The translations under genes and the position numbers were made by a program. The notes below the pieces were generated by a model. The model saw only the letters and a list, made by a program, of their open reading frames with translations. It did no database searches and was not told where the DNA came from. From contig CAXXTU010000002.1 of the NCBI GenBank assembly GCA_963662655.2, forward strand, positions 1,728,001-1,792,000: 64,000 nt of DNA, written 5' to 3'. Position 1 is the stretch's first letter. Each line of letters opens with the position of its first letter. Shown here piece by piece: positions 50,092 through 59,016 of the stretch. This DNA is from Candidatus Cloacimonadales bacterium. GTDB lineage: Bacteria; Cloacimonadota; Cloacimonadia; Cloacimonadales; JAIOQZ01.

Positions 50092-50541
50092 CTAATTTTC
50101 CAGGAATCGCTTGTAGTCGTCGCCGATGATGATTTGAAAAGGCGTTTCCGCCATTTCATCGAGGGCATATACGACCTGATCGATTCCCGTATTGGCTTTT
50201 AGTCTTTCAAGATCATCCTTGTGGTCCTTCCGAACCACGATGATCGATTTGTTGTATATATATTTCTTTGCATTTCCGAATCGGATAACGTCGATGTTGT
50301 GATCGAGCAAACGATCACGCACCTTCCGCGCCACGTCGGGAACTCCGCACCCGTTGAGAAGCTCGATCTGTATCGGAGGCAGGTTCTTCTCGACTTCCGC
50401 CGCTTCCTTCGCCTTCATGCGAGGAGGAATCACGACAAGAGCGATGATCCCTCCGGCCAGAACGATAAGGATCGCCAGCCAGAACCAGATACGAAACTTC
50501 TTCGCGGATGACAAATTATTGATCCCCCGATTGCTTGTCAA
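50092..50541 (-). CDS. LytR C-terminal domain membrane protein
   Basis: TM helix, then IELLNGCGVPDVA...IIIGDDY. Confidence 0.8.
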   Translation of the reverse strand: MTSNRGINNLSSAKKFRIWFWLAILIVLAGGIIALVVIPPRMKAKEAAEVEKNLPPIQIELLNGCGVPDVARKVRDRLLDHNIDVIRFGNAKKYIYNKSIIVVRKDHKDDLERLKANTGIDQVVYALDEMAETPFQIIIGDDYKRFLEN

Positions 50542-51019
50542 ATTGTTCTTTCAAGCGACGATAGGCTCGATCGAAGCTCTCGGGAACGACTCTCGTTCCG
50601 CCGATTGTCGTCATGAAATTACTGTCGCCATACCAGCGGGGTAAAATGTGAACATGGATGTGTTCGTCAATTCCCGCTCCGGCGGCCTTCCCGATATTGA
50701 TACCGACGTTCAGGCCCTCCGGGTGGAAGGCTTCTCTCAACACTTTTTCCGTAAAACGCACCGAAAGGAACAAATCGGCAACCTCTTCCTCGCCGAGATC
50801 GGTGAGTGAGGACACGTGTCGGTAGGGTACGACCATCAGGTGACCGTTGTTGTACGGATATGCGTTCATGATGACAAAACAATGCGCAGCGCGATGGAGA
50901 ATCAGGTGCTTCTCGTCATACGCCTCGTCGCCGGGTCGCTCGATGCAGAAGATGCAGCGATTCTCCTTTTCGGAAAGGATGTAATCGATCCGCCAGGGAG
51001 AATAGAGAATGTCCGACAT
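50516..51019 (-). CDS. HIT family hydrolase
   Basis: PWR..YI, CIFC, N.YPYNNGHLM, HIHVHILPRW. Confidence 0.92.
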   Translation of the reverse strand: MSDILYSPWRIDYILSEKENRCIFCIERPGDEAYDEKHLILHRAAHCFVIMNAYPYNNGHLMVVPYRHVSSLTDLGEEEVADLFLSVRFTEKVLREAFHPEGLNVGINIGKAAGAGIDEHIHVHILPRWYGDSNFMTTIGGTRVVPESFDRAYRRLKEQFDKQSGDQ

Positions 51020-51020
51020 G

Positions 51021-52034
51021 CTACCTGAAGTCCTCGCTGTAATCGAGCTTTGTCGCGGGGCTCATGTATGCGTTGATCACGACGTTGAGTCCCGGGAGGA
51101 TGCAACCCGCACCCAACCGGGCATCTTCGAGGATACACCCCGGCCCGATACGGCATCCGTCGCCAATGAGCGTCTTGCCCCTGATCACGGTTCCCGATCC
51201 GATCTCGACGTCGTTCTCGATCTGAACGTTCTCGCCGATGGTCACCGTTTCGGGATTCTTGATGGTCACACCGTGCGTCATCCAGTGGTCCCGAATCTCG
51301 CTGTGATAATGGTCTTCCAGCTCCGCGAGCTGCTTCTGGGAATTGATCCCGGCAGCCTCGGTCATGTTGTCGAGAATTCTGGAGCTGACGATGTGCCCGT
51401 CGTTACGCAGGATCTCGAGCGTGTCGGTGAGGTAGTACTCGTTCTGCTGGTTGTTGTTGCCGACCCTTGAAAGGGCATCGAAAAGCAGCCTGATATCGAA
51501 GCAATAGATACCGGTGTTGATCTCGTTGATCTTCCGCTGCTCGTCGGTGGCGTCCTTGTACTCAATGATGCTGTGGACGTTGCCTTTCTCGTCGCGAAGG
51601 ATCCTGCCGTAACGGGCCGGATCGTCCAGGATCGCAGTAAGCACCGTGCACGCAGCTCCGATTTCACGGTGCTGTTTGAGTAAGCCGGCAAGCGTTTCCG
51701 GCTTGAGAAGCGGGACATCGCCGCACAGGATGAAAACATCGCCCTCGGTTCCAACGAAATCGTCAGCGGTCATCATCACCGCGTGGCCGGTTCCGTTCTG
51801 TTCCTTCTGCTCGGTAAAGCGCAATCCGTCATAGCTTTCAAGCGCCGCGGTTACATCGTCTTTACGATATCCCACCACAACGACGATGCGATCGCTCTGA
51901 ACCTTCTGCGCTGTATCGACAACATGATTGATCAACGGCTTCTCGCCAAGCTCGAAAAGGACTTTCGCACGATTCGATTTCATCCTGGTGCCTTTTCCGG
52001 CTGCCAGAATGACCGTTCCGATTATTCGATTCAA
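51021..52034 (-). CDS. GlmU-like uridyltransferase with truncated hexapeptide domain
   Basis: LAAGKGTRMKS, EQNGTGHAV, GDVPL, EINTG, EYYLTD; only 337 aa. Confidence 0.85.
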   Translation of the reverse strand: MNRIIGTVILAAGKGTRMKSNRAKVLFELGEKPLINHVVDTAQKVQSDRIVVVVGYRKDDVTAALESYDGLRFTEQKEQNGTGHAVMMTADDFVGTEGDVFILCGDVPLLKPETLAGLLKQHREIGAACTVLTAILDDPARYGRILRDEKGNVHSIIEYKDATDEQRKINEINTGIYCFDIRLLFDALSRVGNNNQQNEYYLTDTLEILRNDGHIVSSRILDNMTEAAGINSQKQLAELEDHYHSEIRDHWMTHGVTIKNPETVTIGENVQIENDVEIGSGTVIRGKTLIGDGCRIGPGCILEDARLGAGCILPGLNVVINAYMSPATKLDYSEDFR

Positions 52035-52120
52035 TTTATTCTCCTCAAAGGTTTTCTACGAACAGAGTCAAGAAATGACAAGCCCCAATAATTAACAAGA
52101 AAATTTCGCTCACTCGTTCG

Positions 52121-52624
52121 CTAATCGGTGTTCTTCACCGGAAATTTCCCGTCGATCCGCTCCATGATGCGCTCGACAATCTTGCCTTCGCTGCCGTCAA
52201 CCGTTGCGCCGGTGATCGCGTCCAGGCCGTTGTAATCCCACTCGAAGTCTTTGGAATCCGCCGTTACGAGCAAAACAACCTTCTCCTGCGGGATTTTTTT
52301 CAGGGCGCGCTTGAGTCGCGAATTCATGTGCATCCAGGCCTCGCAGGCATCCATCACGACAATCGCGTCGTACTTCTTGTTCTCGAGGTCTTTCACGCTC
52401 TTCAGATTCATCACTTCAACCGTGAAGCGGCCTTGCAGCTTTTCTACCAGCTTGTCGGCGATTTTCTGCTTGAAGGGCGTACCCTTACCTGCAATCGCCG
52501 AAATGATAATGGTCGCTTCCGCCTCGGGATTTTCCACCAGGCGGGTCTCAAGAAAATCGCTCGCGCAACCGGCGAGCAGGATAACAATTATACTAATTGC
52601 AGCTATTTTCAGATAATTTTTCAT
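52121..52624 (-). CDS. Hypothetical lipoprotein (flavodoxin-like fold possible)
   Basis: LAGC lipobox. Confidence 0.7.
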   Translation of the reverse strand: MKNYLKIAAISIIVILLAGCASDFLETRLVENPEAEATIIISAIAGKGTPFKQKIADKLVEKLQGRFTVEVMNLKSVKDLENKKYDAIVVMDACEAWMHMNSRLKRALKKIPQEKVVLLVTADSKDFEWDYNGLDAITGATVDGSEGKIVERIMERIDGKFPVKNTD

Positions 52625-52636
52625 GATTCCTCCGGA

Positions 52637-55315
52637 CTACAGGTCCTTCTCCACGTCGACCAGCGAGCTGTGCAGATCGGGTTTGACCGCGAAGCCGCGC
52701 TTCTTGAAAACGTTGATCATCCGTGGGTTGTTGGCGGTGGTTTGCGCCACGATTTTCTTGAGGTTCCAGCGCTGCGTAATCTCCATGCAGAAATCGGTCA
52801 GCAGGGAACCTAGACGTTTGTTTTGCCAGGCGTCGGGAACGAGAACCGCGTACTCGACGGACTCGAGGTCGGGATCGGCCACAAGGCGTCCCACGCCGAT
52901 TAACTTTCGCTCCTTATCTATCTCTACTTCCGCGACAATGCCGATCTCGCGATCGTAATCGATGAAGCAATAGCGGACAGCGACATCGTGCGAATCCCAG
53001 AAGAAGAAATAGCGGAAACGCTGGTAGATCGATTCCTTGGAGCAGCTTCCTAGCATCTCCAGCCACATGGGCTCGTCCTCCGGCTTAATGGGCCGCAGCG
53101 TCACTACCGTCCCGTCGTCCAGATTCACTTTTTTCGTGTATTCTTCCGGATAGGGTCGCAGGGCAAGGTGACTGTACTCTTCGATGCCGCGTTTCGCGGG
53201 ATCGACCACGATGCGTGCATCCAAAGCGACAACGTCCTTCGGAGACACGAGAAGCGGATTGATATCCAACTCCACGATTTCGGGATAATCCGCCGCCAGA
53301 TACGACATCCGGATCAGCACCTCCACCAGTTGGTCCATGTTGACCGGAGGCTTCCCGCGATAGCCCTTCAGAAGCGGCATGATCTTGAGGCTCTCCAGCA
53401 TCCTTCGGGCAAGGCTTTCGTTCAGCGGGGGAAGACCCAACGAGCGATCCTTGAACAACTCGGCATAAATCCCACCCATGCCGGCGAGCATCACCGTACC
53501 GAAGACAGGATCCTGTTTCACGCCCAGAATCATCTCCACGGCATTGTCCCGCCTGATCATCGGTTGGACAGTCACACCTTCGATGCGAGCTTTGGGCATC
53601 ATTTCCCGGGCGGAATTCACAATTGTCTGGAATCCCTTTCTGACAGCTTCCTCGCTATCGATGTTGAGAAGAACGCCTCCGACATCGGTCTTGTGGGTGA
53701 TGTCCGGCGAGAATATCTTGAGCACGACCGGGTAACCGGCCTCGTTCGCGAACTGGACCGCCTCGTCCTCCGTACTTGCGGGGACGGGCTTCGATGTCGG
53801 AATACCGTAGCTTTCCAGAAGCGATTTCGAAATCTCTTCGGAGAGGATGCGGCCATTCTGGTTCAGCGCCTGGTCGAACTGCTTGCGAAACTCCTTGCGA
53901 TCCACCTTGAACTCCACCGGCACATCCTTGGGCGTCTCGTACAGAGCCCTCAGATTGCGCGCGTAATCCACCAGCGTCATGAACGCGCCGATAGCCTGTT
54001 CCGGTGTGCTGTATGTCGCGACCCCCACTTCCGTGAGAATCTCGATGCCTTCTTTCATGCTGGCTCCTCCGAGCCACGCTGCGAGAATCGGCTTCCTGGC
54101 TTTCTCGGCGATCTTGCCCACTTCGCGAGCAGTCCCCGCCGGGTTCGTCATGGATTGCGGTGTCAGAATAACCAGCACCGCGTCGACGTTATCATCGTCC
54201 AGGACGATGGATACCGTCTTGGCGATGCGCTTGGGACGCGCGTCTCCCAGAACATCCACGGGATTACCGTGCGACCAGATGGGCGGGAGATTCAGATTGA
54301 GCTGTTCCATCGTGTCCTCGGATAGCTTGGCGAGCTCGCCATTCGCCGCAATCAACGCATCCGTGGCCATCACGCCCGGGCCACCCGCATTGGTGACGAT
54401 CGCGAGACGTGAACCTTCGGGGGCCTTTTTCCTGCCCAGGAGTTCCGCTACATCGAATATCTTGCCGATATCGAAGATTCTGGCGATCCCGGCGCGGCGG
54501 AATACCGCGTCGTAAACCGCGTCCTCCGCAGCCATCGCTCCTGTGTGAGACGCCGCGACCTCCGCCGATTCGGGGAAGCGTCCCGCCTTGTATGCGATAA
54601 TCGGCTTGGTACGGGCAAAAGCGCGGCTGGCGGTCATGAACTTGCGCGCCATCGCGATGGACTCTATGTACAGGATGATGAATTTGGTGTCTTCGTCCTC
54701 GCCCAGGTAGTCGATCAGATCACCGAAATCGACATCGAGCGTGTTGCCGATGGAAATGAAGTAGGAGAAGCCGATCTTTTCCTCGATCGCCCAGTCCAAA
54801 ACCGAGGTGCAGAGTGCGCCGGACTGCGAAACGAATGCGATGTCCCCTTTCTTGGGCATGCCATCGCCAAAGCTGACGTTGAGCTTGTTCACCGGTGAGA
54901 TGTAGCCAAGGCAGTTCGGCCCCATGATGCGCATTCCCGGGTATTTGCCGCGAACATCGCGAATCTGCTGCTCCAGCTCCCTGCCTTCCTCGCCGGCTTC
55001 CTTGAATCCGGCGGAGACGACGATGATCCCCATGGTTCCCGCTGCACCGCAGGCATCGATGTAGGTCGGAACCTGTTCGGGAGCCGAACAGATAATGCCC
55101 AGCTCCGGAGAATTGGGAAGCGATTTCACATCGGGGTAACACTGGATGCCCATAACGGCTTCCAGGTCGGGATTCACAGGGTAAACGACCCCGCGAAATC
55201 CGCTGGTCACGAGGTTGCTGAGGATTTTCCCTCCGACACTGCGCGGATTGGCGCTTATGCCGAGAAGGGCGATTCGATTTGGCTTGAAAATGTTGTCGAG
55301 ATTATGTATGCTCAC
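52637..55315 (-). CDS. ADP-forming acyl-CoA synthetase family protein fused to C-terminal GNAT (Pat/YfiQ-like)
   Basis: GPNCLG, SQSGAL, SHTGA, TNAGGPG, NPVD, HKTDVGGV, ELDINPL, WQNKRLG. Confidence 0.92.
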   Translation of the reverse strand: MSIHNLDNIFKPNRIALLGISANPRSVGGKILSNLVTSGFRGVVYPVNPDLEAVMGIQCYPDVKSLPNSPELGIICSAPEQVPTYIDACGAAGTMGIIVVSAGFKEAGEEGRELEQQIRDVRGKYPGMRIMGPNCLGYISPVNKLNVSFGDGMPKKGDIAFVSQSGALCTSVLDWAIEEKIGFSYFISIGNTLDVDFGDLIDYLGEDEDTKFIILYIESIAMARKFMTASRAFARTKPIIAYKAGRFPESAEVAASHTGAMAAEDAVYDAVFRRAGIARIFDIGKIFDVAELLGRKKAPEGSRLAIVTNAGGPGVMATDALIAANGELAKLSEDTMEQLNLNLPPIWSHGNPVDVLGDARPKRIAKTVSIVLDDDNVDAVLVILTPQSMTNPAGTAREVGKIAEKARKPILAAWLGGASMKEGIEILTEVGVATYSTPEQAIGAFMTLVDYARNLRALYETPKDVPVEFKVDRKEFRKQFDQALNQNGRILSEEISKSLLESYGIPTSKPVPASTEDEAVQFANEAGYPVVLKIFSPDITHKTDVGGVLLNIDSEEAVRKGFQTIVNSAREMMPKARIEGVTVQPMIRRDNAVEMILGVKQDPVFGTVMLAGMGGIYAELFKDRSLGLPPLNESLARRMLESLKIMPLLKGYRGKPPVNMDQLVEVLIRMSYLAADYPEIVELDINPLLVSPKDVVALDARIVVDPAKRGIEEYSHLALRPYPEEYTKKVNLDDGTVVTLRPIKPEDEPMWLEMLGSCSKESIYQRFRYFFFWDSHDVAVRYCFIDYDREIGIVAEVEIDKERKLIGVGRLVADPDLESVEYAVLVPDAWQNKRLGSLLTDFCMEITQRWNLKKIVAQTTANNPRMINVFKKRGFAVKPDLHSSLVDVEKDL

Positions 55316-55389
55316 CGTGCACCTCTTTATACATTATTCGGTTCCTACGCTTTTTCATCCCGAAATCAGGTCAAGGATTTTCTGTAACG

Positions 55390-56223
55390 TTATGGAAGGA
55401 ACCAGATTAGAAGCAGTAGAATCACCATGTCTATCTTTATCCATGCAGAGAGTAAACGGTAGCGTCGCGCGCTCGCGGATCGCAGACTCATCGCGATGGC
55501 AACGATCGACGGAACGTGAACGAGCAATCCGAGAGCCGCCACCTGATACGTCGAGAGAAGATCGTTGAGAAATCCATAAACGGTCACGCCGCACAGCAGG
55601 AGTGCAAGCGCAAGGTTCAGCGCCATCGTTGTCCGATGCCCCGCCTTTATGGCAAAGGTGTTCGCCTTGATGAGGCTATCGCCTTCGATGTCCTCCAGAT
55701 CCTTTACAAGCTCACGTATGAGTGTGTAGATAAATGCATACGCCGCGATCAGCCACACATTCTCCAGATTACCGGCGACAATCCCGCCATACACGAAGGT
55801 CGATGCGGACGCGTAGGCGACGCTCAGGTTGCCGAGCAGAAAGGAGGTTTTCAGCTGGCGCGCGTAGAAGAACAGCAGAAGCAGATTGAACATCGCCATG
55901 AAAACAGCCAGGAAGGTTCCTGTCAGGAAGCTCGCCTGCAAGCCGGCAACGAAAAGCACGATGGTGTAGATATAGGCGGTCCTGGGCTGCATCTGGCCAG
56001 ACGGAAGCACGCGTTTGGGACGGTTGACACGGTCGATGGGGAGATCGAAATAGTCGTTGATTACGTACCCACCGGCTCCGATCAGCGTTGCCGAAAGGAT
56101 CCCCCACAGGAAGGGAAGCGTGAAGCTGGCATGGTTTTGAAAAAAAAGCCCGAACAGGACTGTCAGTGCGATAAACAGACAGTTGAACGGGCGGATTATT
56201 TTAAAATACGCTTGAATTTTCAC
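55390..56223 (-). CDS. UbiA prenyltransferase, DGGGP-synthase-like
   Basis: IIRPFN, GYVINDYFDLPIDRVNRP.R.LPSG, RELVKDLEDIEGD. Confidence 0.8.
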   Translation of the reverse strand: MKIQAYFKIIRPFNCLFIALTVLFGLFFQNHASFTLPFLWGILSATLIGAGGYVINDYFDLPIDRVNRPKRVLPSGQMQPRTAYIYTIVLFVAGLQASFLTGTFLAVFMAMFNLLLLFFYARQLKTSFLLGNLSVAYASASTFVYGGIVAGNLENVWLIAAYAFIYTLIRELVKDLEDIEGDSLIKANTFAIKAGHRTTMALNLALALLLCGVTVYGFLNDLLSTYQVAALGLLVHVPSIVAIAMSLRSASARRYRLLSAWIKIDMVILLLLIWFLP

Positions 56224-56258
56224 TATGGAATTTATCGAGCGGCGTGAAGCCCCGTGTT

Positions 56259-57146
56259 TTACGGAAGCCGCTCGCGAATCATATTGATGAATTCAACAAG
56301 AACATCGTTGTTTTTCATGCTCTTGATCAGCTTATAGGAATCGTCGAGAAGCTTCTCAGCGGTTTTCTTCGATTTCTCCAGGCCTATCAGAGAGGGATAG
56401 GTTGTCTTGCGGTTTTTGTGGTCCTCGTAGGGTTCTTTGCCCAGCATCTCGAACGCTCCGACATCGTCAAGGATATCGTCGATGATCTGGTAGGCAAGCC
56501 CGAGGTTCAACGCGTAATTGCCCAATGTGATCGTAAGGTTTTCCTCGGCGCCGTACATGATACAGGCCATATCCATCGCCGCTTGCAGGAGGGCTCCGGT
56601 CTTTTTCAGGTGGATATATTTCAGTACGTTGACCCGTATTCTCTTTTTCGTGGAGAGGATATCGACCGCTTGGCCGCCGATCATTCCGCGGGTCGACACC
56701 GCGCGCGCAAGCGTGTTGACGCACTTGAGCGCTTTCTTCTTGTCGCGAATTTCCGTTAACGCTTCAAAAGCCTTGGTAAGCAGGGCGTCGCCTGCGAGGA
56801 TCGCCATCGCTTCGCCGTACTTCTTGTGAACCGAGGGCACTCCGCGGCGTTCATCGGAATTGTCAACGCTCGGAAGGTCGTCGTGAATCAACGATGCCGT
56901 GTGAACCAGTTCCAGTGCACAGGCGCATGGCTGCAACGACTTGAGTGTGCTGATGTTCTTACGCCCACGAAGCATCTCGTAAGCGGAGATCATCAGGATC
57001 GGGCGCAGGCGTTTACCACCGTTGAACAGCGAATAATTCATAGCCTCATAAAGCTTCGTTGAGCCTTTCTTCGGCTTCGTGACGTATTCTCTCAGAGATT
57101 CCTCGATAATATCTTTTCGCGAATCAAAATAGCGTTGAATCAGCAA
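56259..57146 (-). CDS. Polyprenyl diphosphate synthase (FPP/GGPP family)
   Basis: GGKRLRP, SLIHDDLP..D....RRG, GQ..D, KTGAL, YQIIDDILD. Confidence 0.93.
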   Translation of the reverse strand: MLIQRYFDSRKDIIEESLREYVTKPKKGSTKLYEAMNYSLFNGGKRLRPILMISAYEMLRGRKNISTLKSLQPCACALELVHTASLIHDDLPSVDNSDERRGVPSVHKKYGEAMAILAGDALLTKAFEALTEIRDKKKALKCVNTLARAVSTRGMIGGQAVDILSTKKRIRVNVLKYIHLKKTGALLQAAMDMACIMYGAEENLTITLGNYALNLGLAYQIIDDILDDVGAFEMLGKEPYEDHKNRKTTYPSLIGLEKSKKTAEKLLDDSYKLIKSMKNNDVLVEFINMIRERLP

Positions 57147-57241
57147 TCTTCACCTCACAATTCCATTTTCGTACCATTTATTTATAAACGTCCTGCTGTC
57201 AATCATTTTTCGTGCATTGAGCTGGAATATTTGCCGGTTGC

Positions 57242-58033
57242 CTAATTCTCTTTCATCGCGGTCCGGCAAAGGCGCAAACCAGTATTGAAACTTCGGCAGT
57301 CTGCGCACCAATCGCCGCGTCGGCTTACACGGCTCCCCTCGGCACCGATATTCCACGTTCCACCGCGTATTATACGGGTTTCTCCATCTTGCGGCCCACG
57401 TGGATCAACCTGAGCTCCTTTCGGGTATTCGGCATACCAGTCCCAGCACCATTCCCATTGACCTCCGCTCATATCGAAGAATCCAAGCTCGTTCGAGCGC
57501 TTGAGTCCGATAGCATGCTCCGTTCCCTCGCAGTTGTCATGGTACCATCCGACCTCGTCCAGGCTGTTGCTGCCTGCGTAACGGTATCCTTTACTCGCGT
57601 TGCCGCCACGGGCGGCAAAAGCCCATTCAGCCTCGGTTGGAAGTCGGTAACCGTTAGCCGCGAAATCGCAGGTCACGATCTCGCCCATCCCCGAATAACA
57701 AGGTGTCAGCCCGTCCCTCTTGCTCAGCATGTTGCAAAATCGCACCGCATCGTACCAGCTGACCATCCCCGCAGCAAACGCGGGGTTCTTGTTCTCCGAA
57801 GGGTTCGAGCCCATCACAGACTCCCATAACGCCTGCGAGACCTCAGTACGTCCAAGATAGAAGCTCGACACCCCCACCCCGTGCACGGGCTCCTCATCCT
57901 CATTGCCGTCTTCGGAGCCCATCGTGAACTCGCCTCCCGCCACAAGGATCATGTCAGGCTCAATTCTATCCTGCGAAACAAGACCAGTACTTGCAATCAA
58001 TATCATCAAAGAAATCCATATCCACTTTCCCAT
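57242..58033 (-). CDS. Secreted FGE-sulfatase (SUMF1) domain protein
   Basis: F.MGS..E.PVH, YRLPTEAEW..AARGG, NELG..DMSG..WEWCWD. Confidence 0.9.
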   Translation of the reverse strand: MGKWIWISLMILIASTGLVSQDRIEPDMILVAGGEFTMGSEDGNEDEEPVHGVGVSSFYLGRTEVSQALWESVMGSNPSENKNPAFAAGMVSWYDAVRFCNMLSKRDGLTPCYSGMGEIVTCDFAANGYRLPTEAEWAFAARGGNASKGYRYAGSNSLDEVGWYHDNCEGTEHAIGLKRSNELGFFDMSGGQWEWCWDWYAEYPKGAQVDPRGPQDGETRIIRGGTWNIGAEGSRVSRRGDWCADCRSFNTGLRLCRTAMKEN

Positions 58034-58078
58034 GTTAAAACTCCTGTTATCTATCGCATTACCCGAAACTCGTACTGA

Positions 58079-58204
58079 GGCGTGAGTAGATTTGTTCGTT
58101 CAGCCGCGTTGACGTGGTGTTCCACACCTTATTCTTGCGCTCGATAGTCTCAAAGGTGTGGTATATCCACGTTAACGCGGCTGATCGGGCGAAGATGCCA
58201 CGCC
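58079..58204 (+). repeat. Dispersed hairpin element copy F
   Basis: ggcgtg-A-gta-GA-tttgttcgttc-agccgcgttgacgt-gg-tgttc-cacacctt..aaggtgtg-gtatat-cc-acgttaacgcggct-gatcgggcgaa-GA-tgc-cacgcc. Confidence 0.88.
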
Positions 58205-58225
58205 GGTCGGACATCACCATACAAC

Positions 58226-59014
58226 TCACATCTCATCGATGTTCATCACTTCCGGCTTAGGTAGAAAATCCTGATCGAACATCCGCGCCGTGAAGAGCCG
58301 AAGCACAAGAAACACCGTCAGCGTAACTGCGGAGACAATCGCCAGCATAATCATGATCTGATACTTGATTGCCGTTACCGGACTCGCCCCGCTCAGTATC
58401 TGGCCGCTCATCATTCCCGGTAGCGCGATGATCCCCATCGCGGAGATATTCATGATGCGAGGCATCAGCGACATCTTCAACGCCTTCTGGCAAAAACCGA
58501 AGGTCGCTTCCCGGGGAGTTGCACCCATGGTGATATACGTGTAGTATTCCTTCCAGTTCGTCTTGATATCGCTGTGGAAACGCTCCAGTGCAAGCGCCGA
58601 GCTGTTCATGGAGTTCCCGAGCACCATCCCGAAAAGTGGAATAATGAAACGCGCGTTGATGAGCGGTTCGGGACGCACGATGACAATGATAACAAATGGC
58701 ATAATCAATAGCGTGGTGATCAGAAGCGGATAAGCGACCACCGGCAATAGAAAGCGCCAGTTGATGTCCAACCGCGAAATAATGGTGTGCACCGCGGCGA
58801 TGATCATGACCGCCATCCAGCCAATTGTGCTGCCCGGGTGATTCCACTTGAAAAGATATTCCAGAATCAAGCCGATCATGGCAAGCTGTACCACCATGCG
58901 CGATACCGACTTGAGCAGCGTCTTGATCAAATCGAGTTTCTTGAAACGAGAAATCACGATCGGAATCGCGAGCAGCAAGAAACTCAACACAAGACCGGTC
59001 CAGCGAATATCCAT
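58226..59014 (-). CDS. ABC permease, YbbM/FetB (UPF0014) family
   Basis: RMVVQL..IG..L, IP..GMVLGNSM, LPGMMSGQILSGASP..A..YQI. Confidence 0.9.
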   Translation of the reverse strand: MDIRWTGLVLSFLLLAIPIVISRFKKLDLIKTLLKSVSRMVVQLAMIGLILEYLFKWNHPGSTIGWMAVMIIAAVHTIISRLDINWRFLLPVVAYPLLITTLLIMPFVIIVIVRPEPLINARFIIPLFGMVLGNSMNSSALALERFHSDIKTNWKEYYTYITMGATPREATFGFCQKALKMSLMPRIMNISAMGIIALPGMMSGQILSGASPVTAIKYQIMIMLAIVSAVTLTVFLVLRLFTARMFDQDFLPKPEVMNIDEM

Positions 59015-59016
59015 GC

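Noticed and set aside
31085..58033. Diversity-generating retroelement targeting the two FGE-domain genes
   Set aside because: No reverse transcriptase and no template repeat matching either 3' end seen in this window; one elsewhere cannot be excluded.
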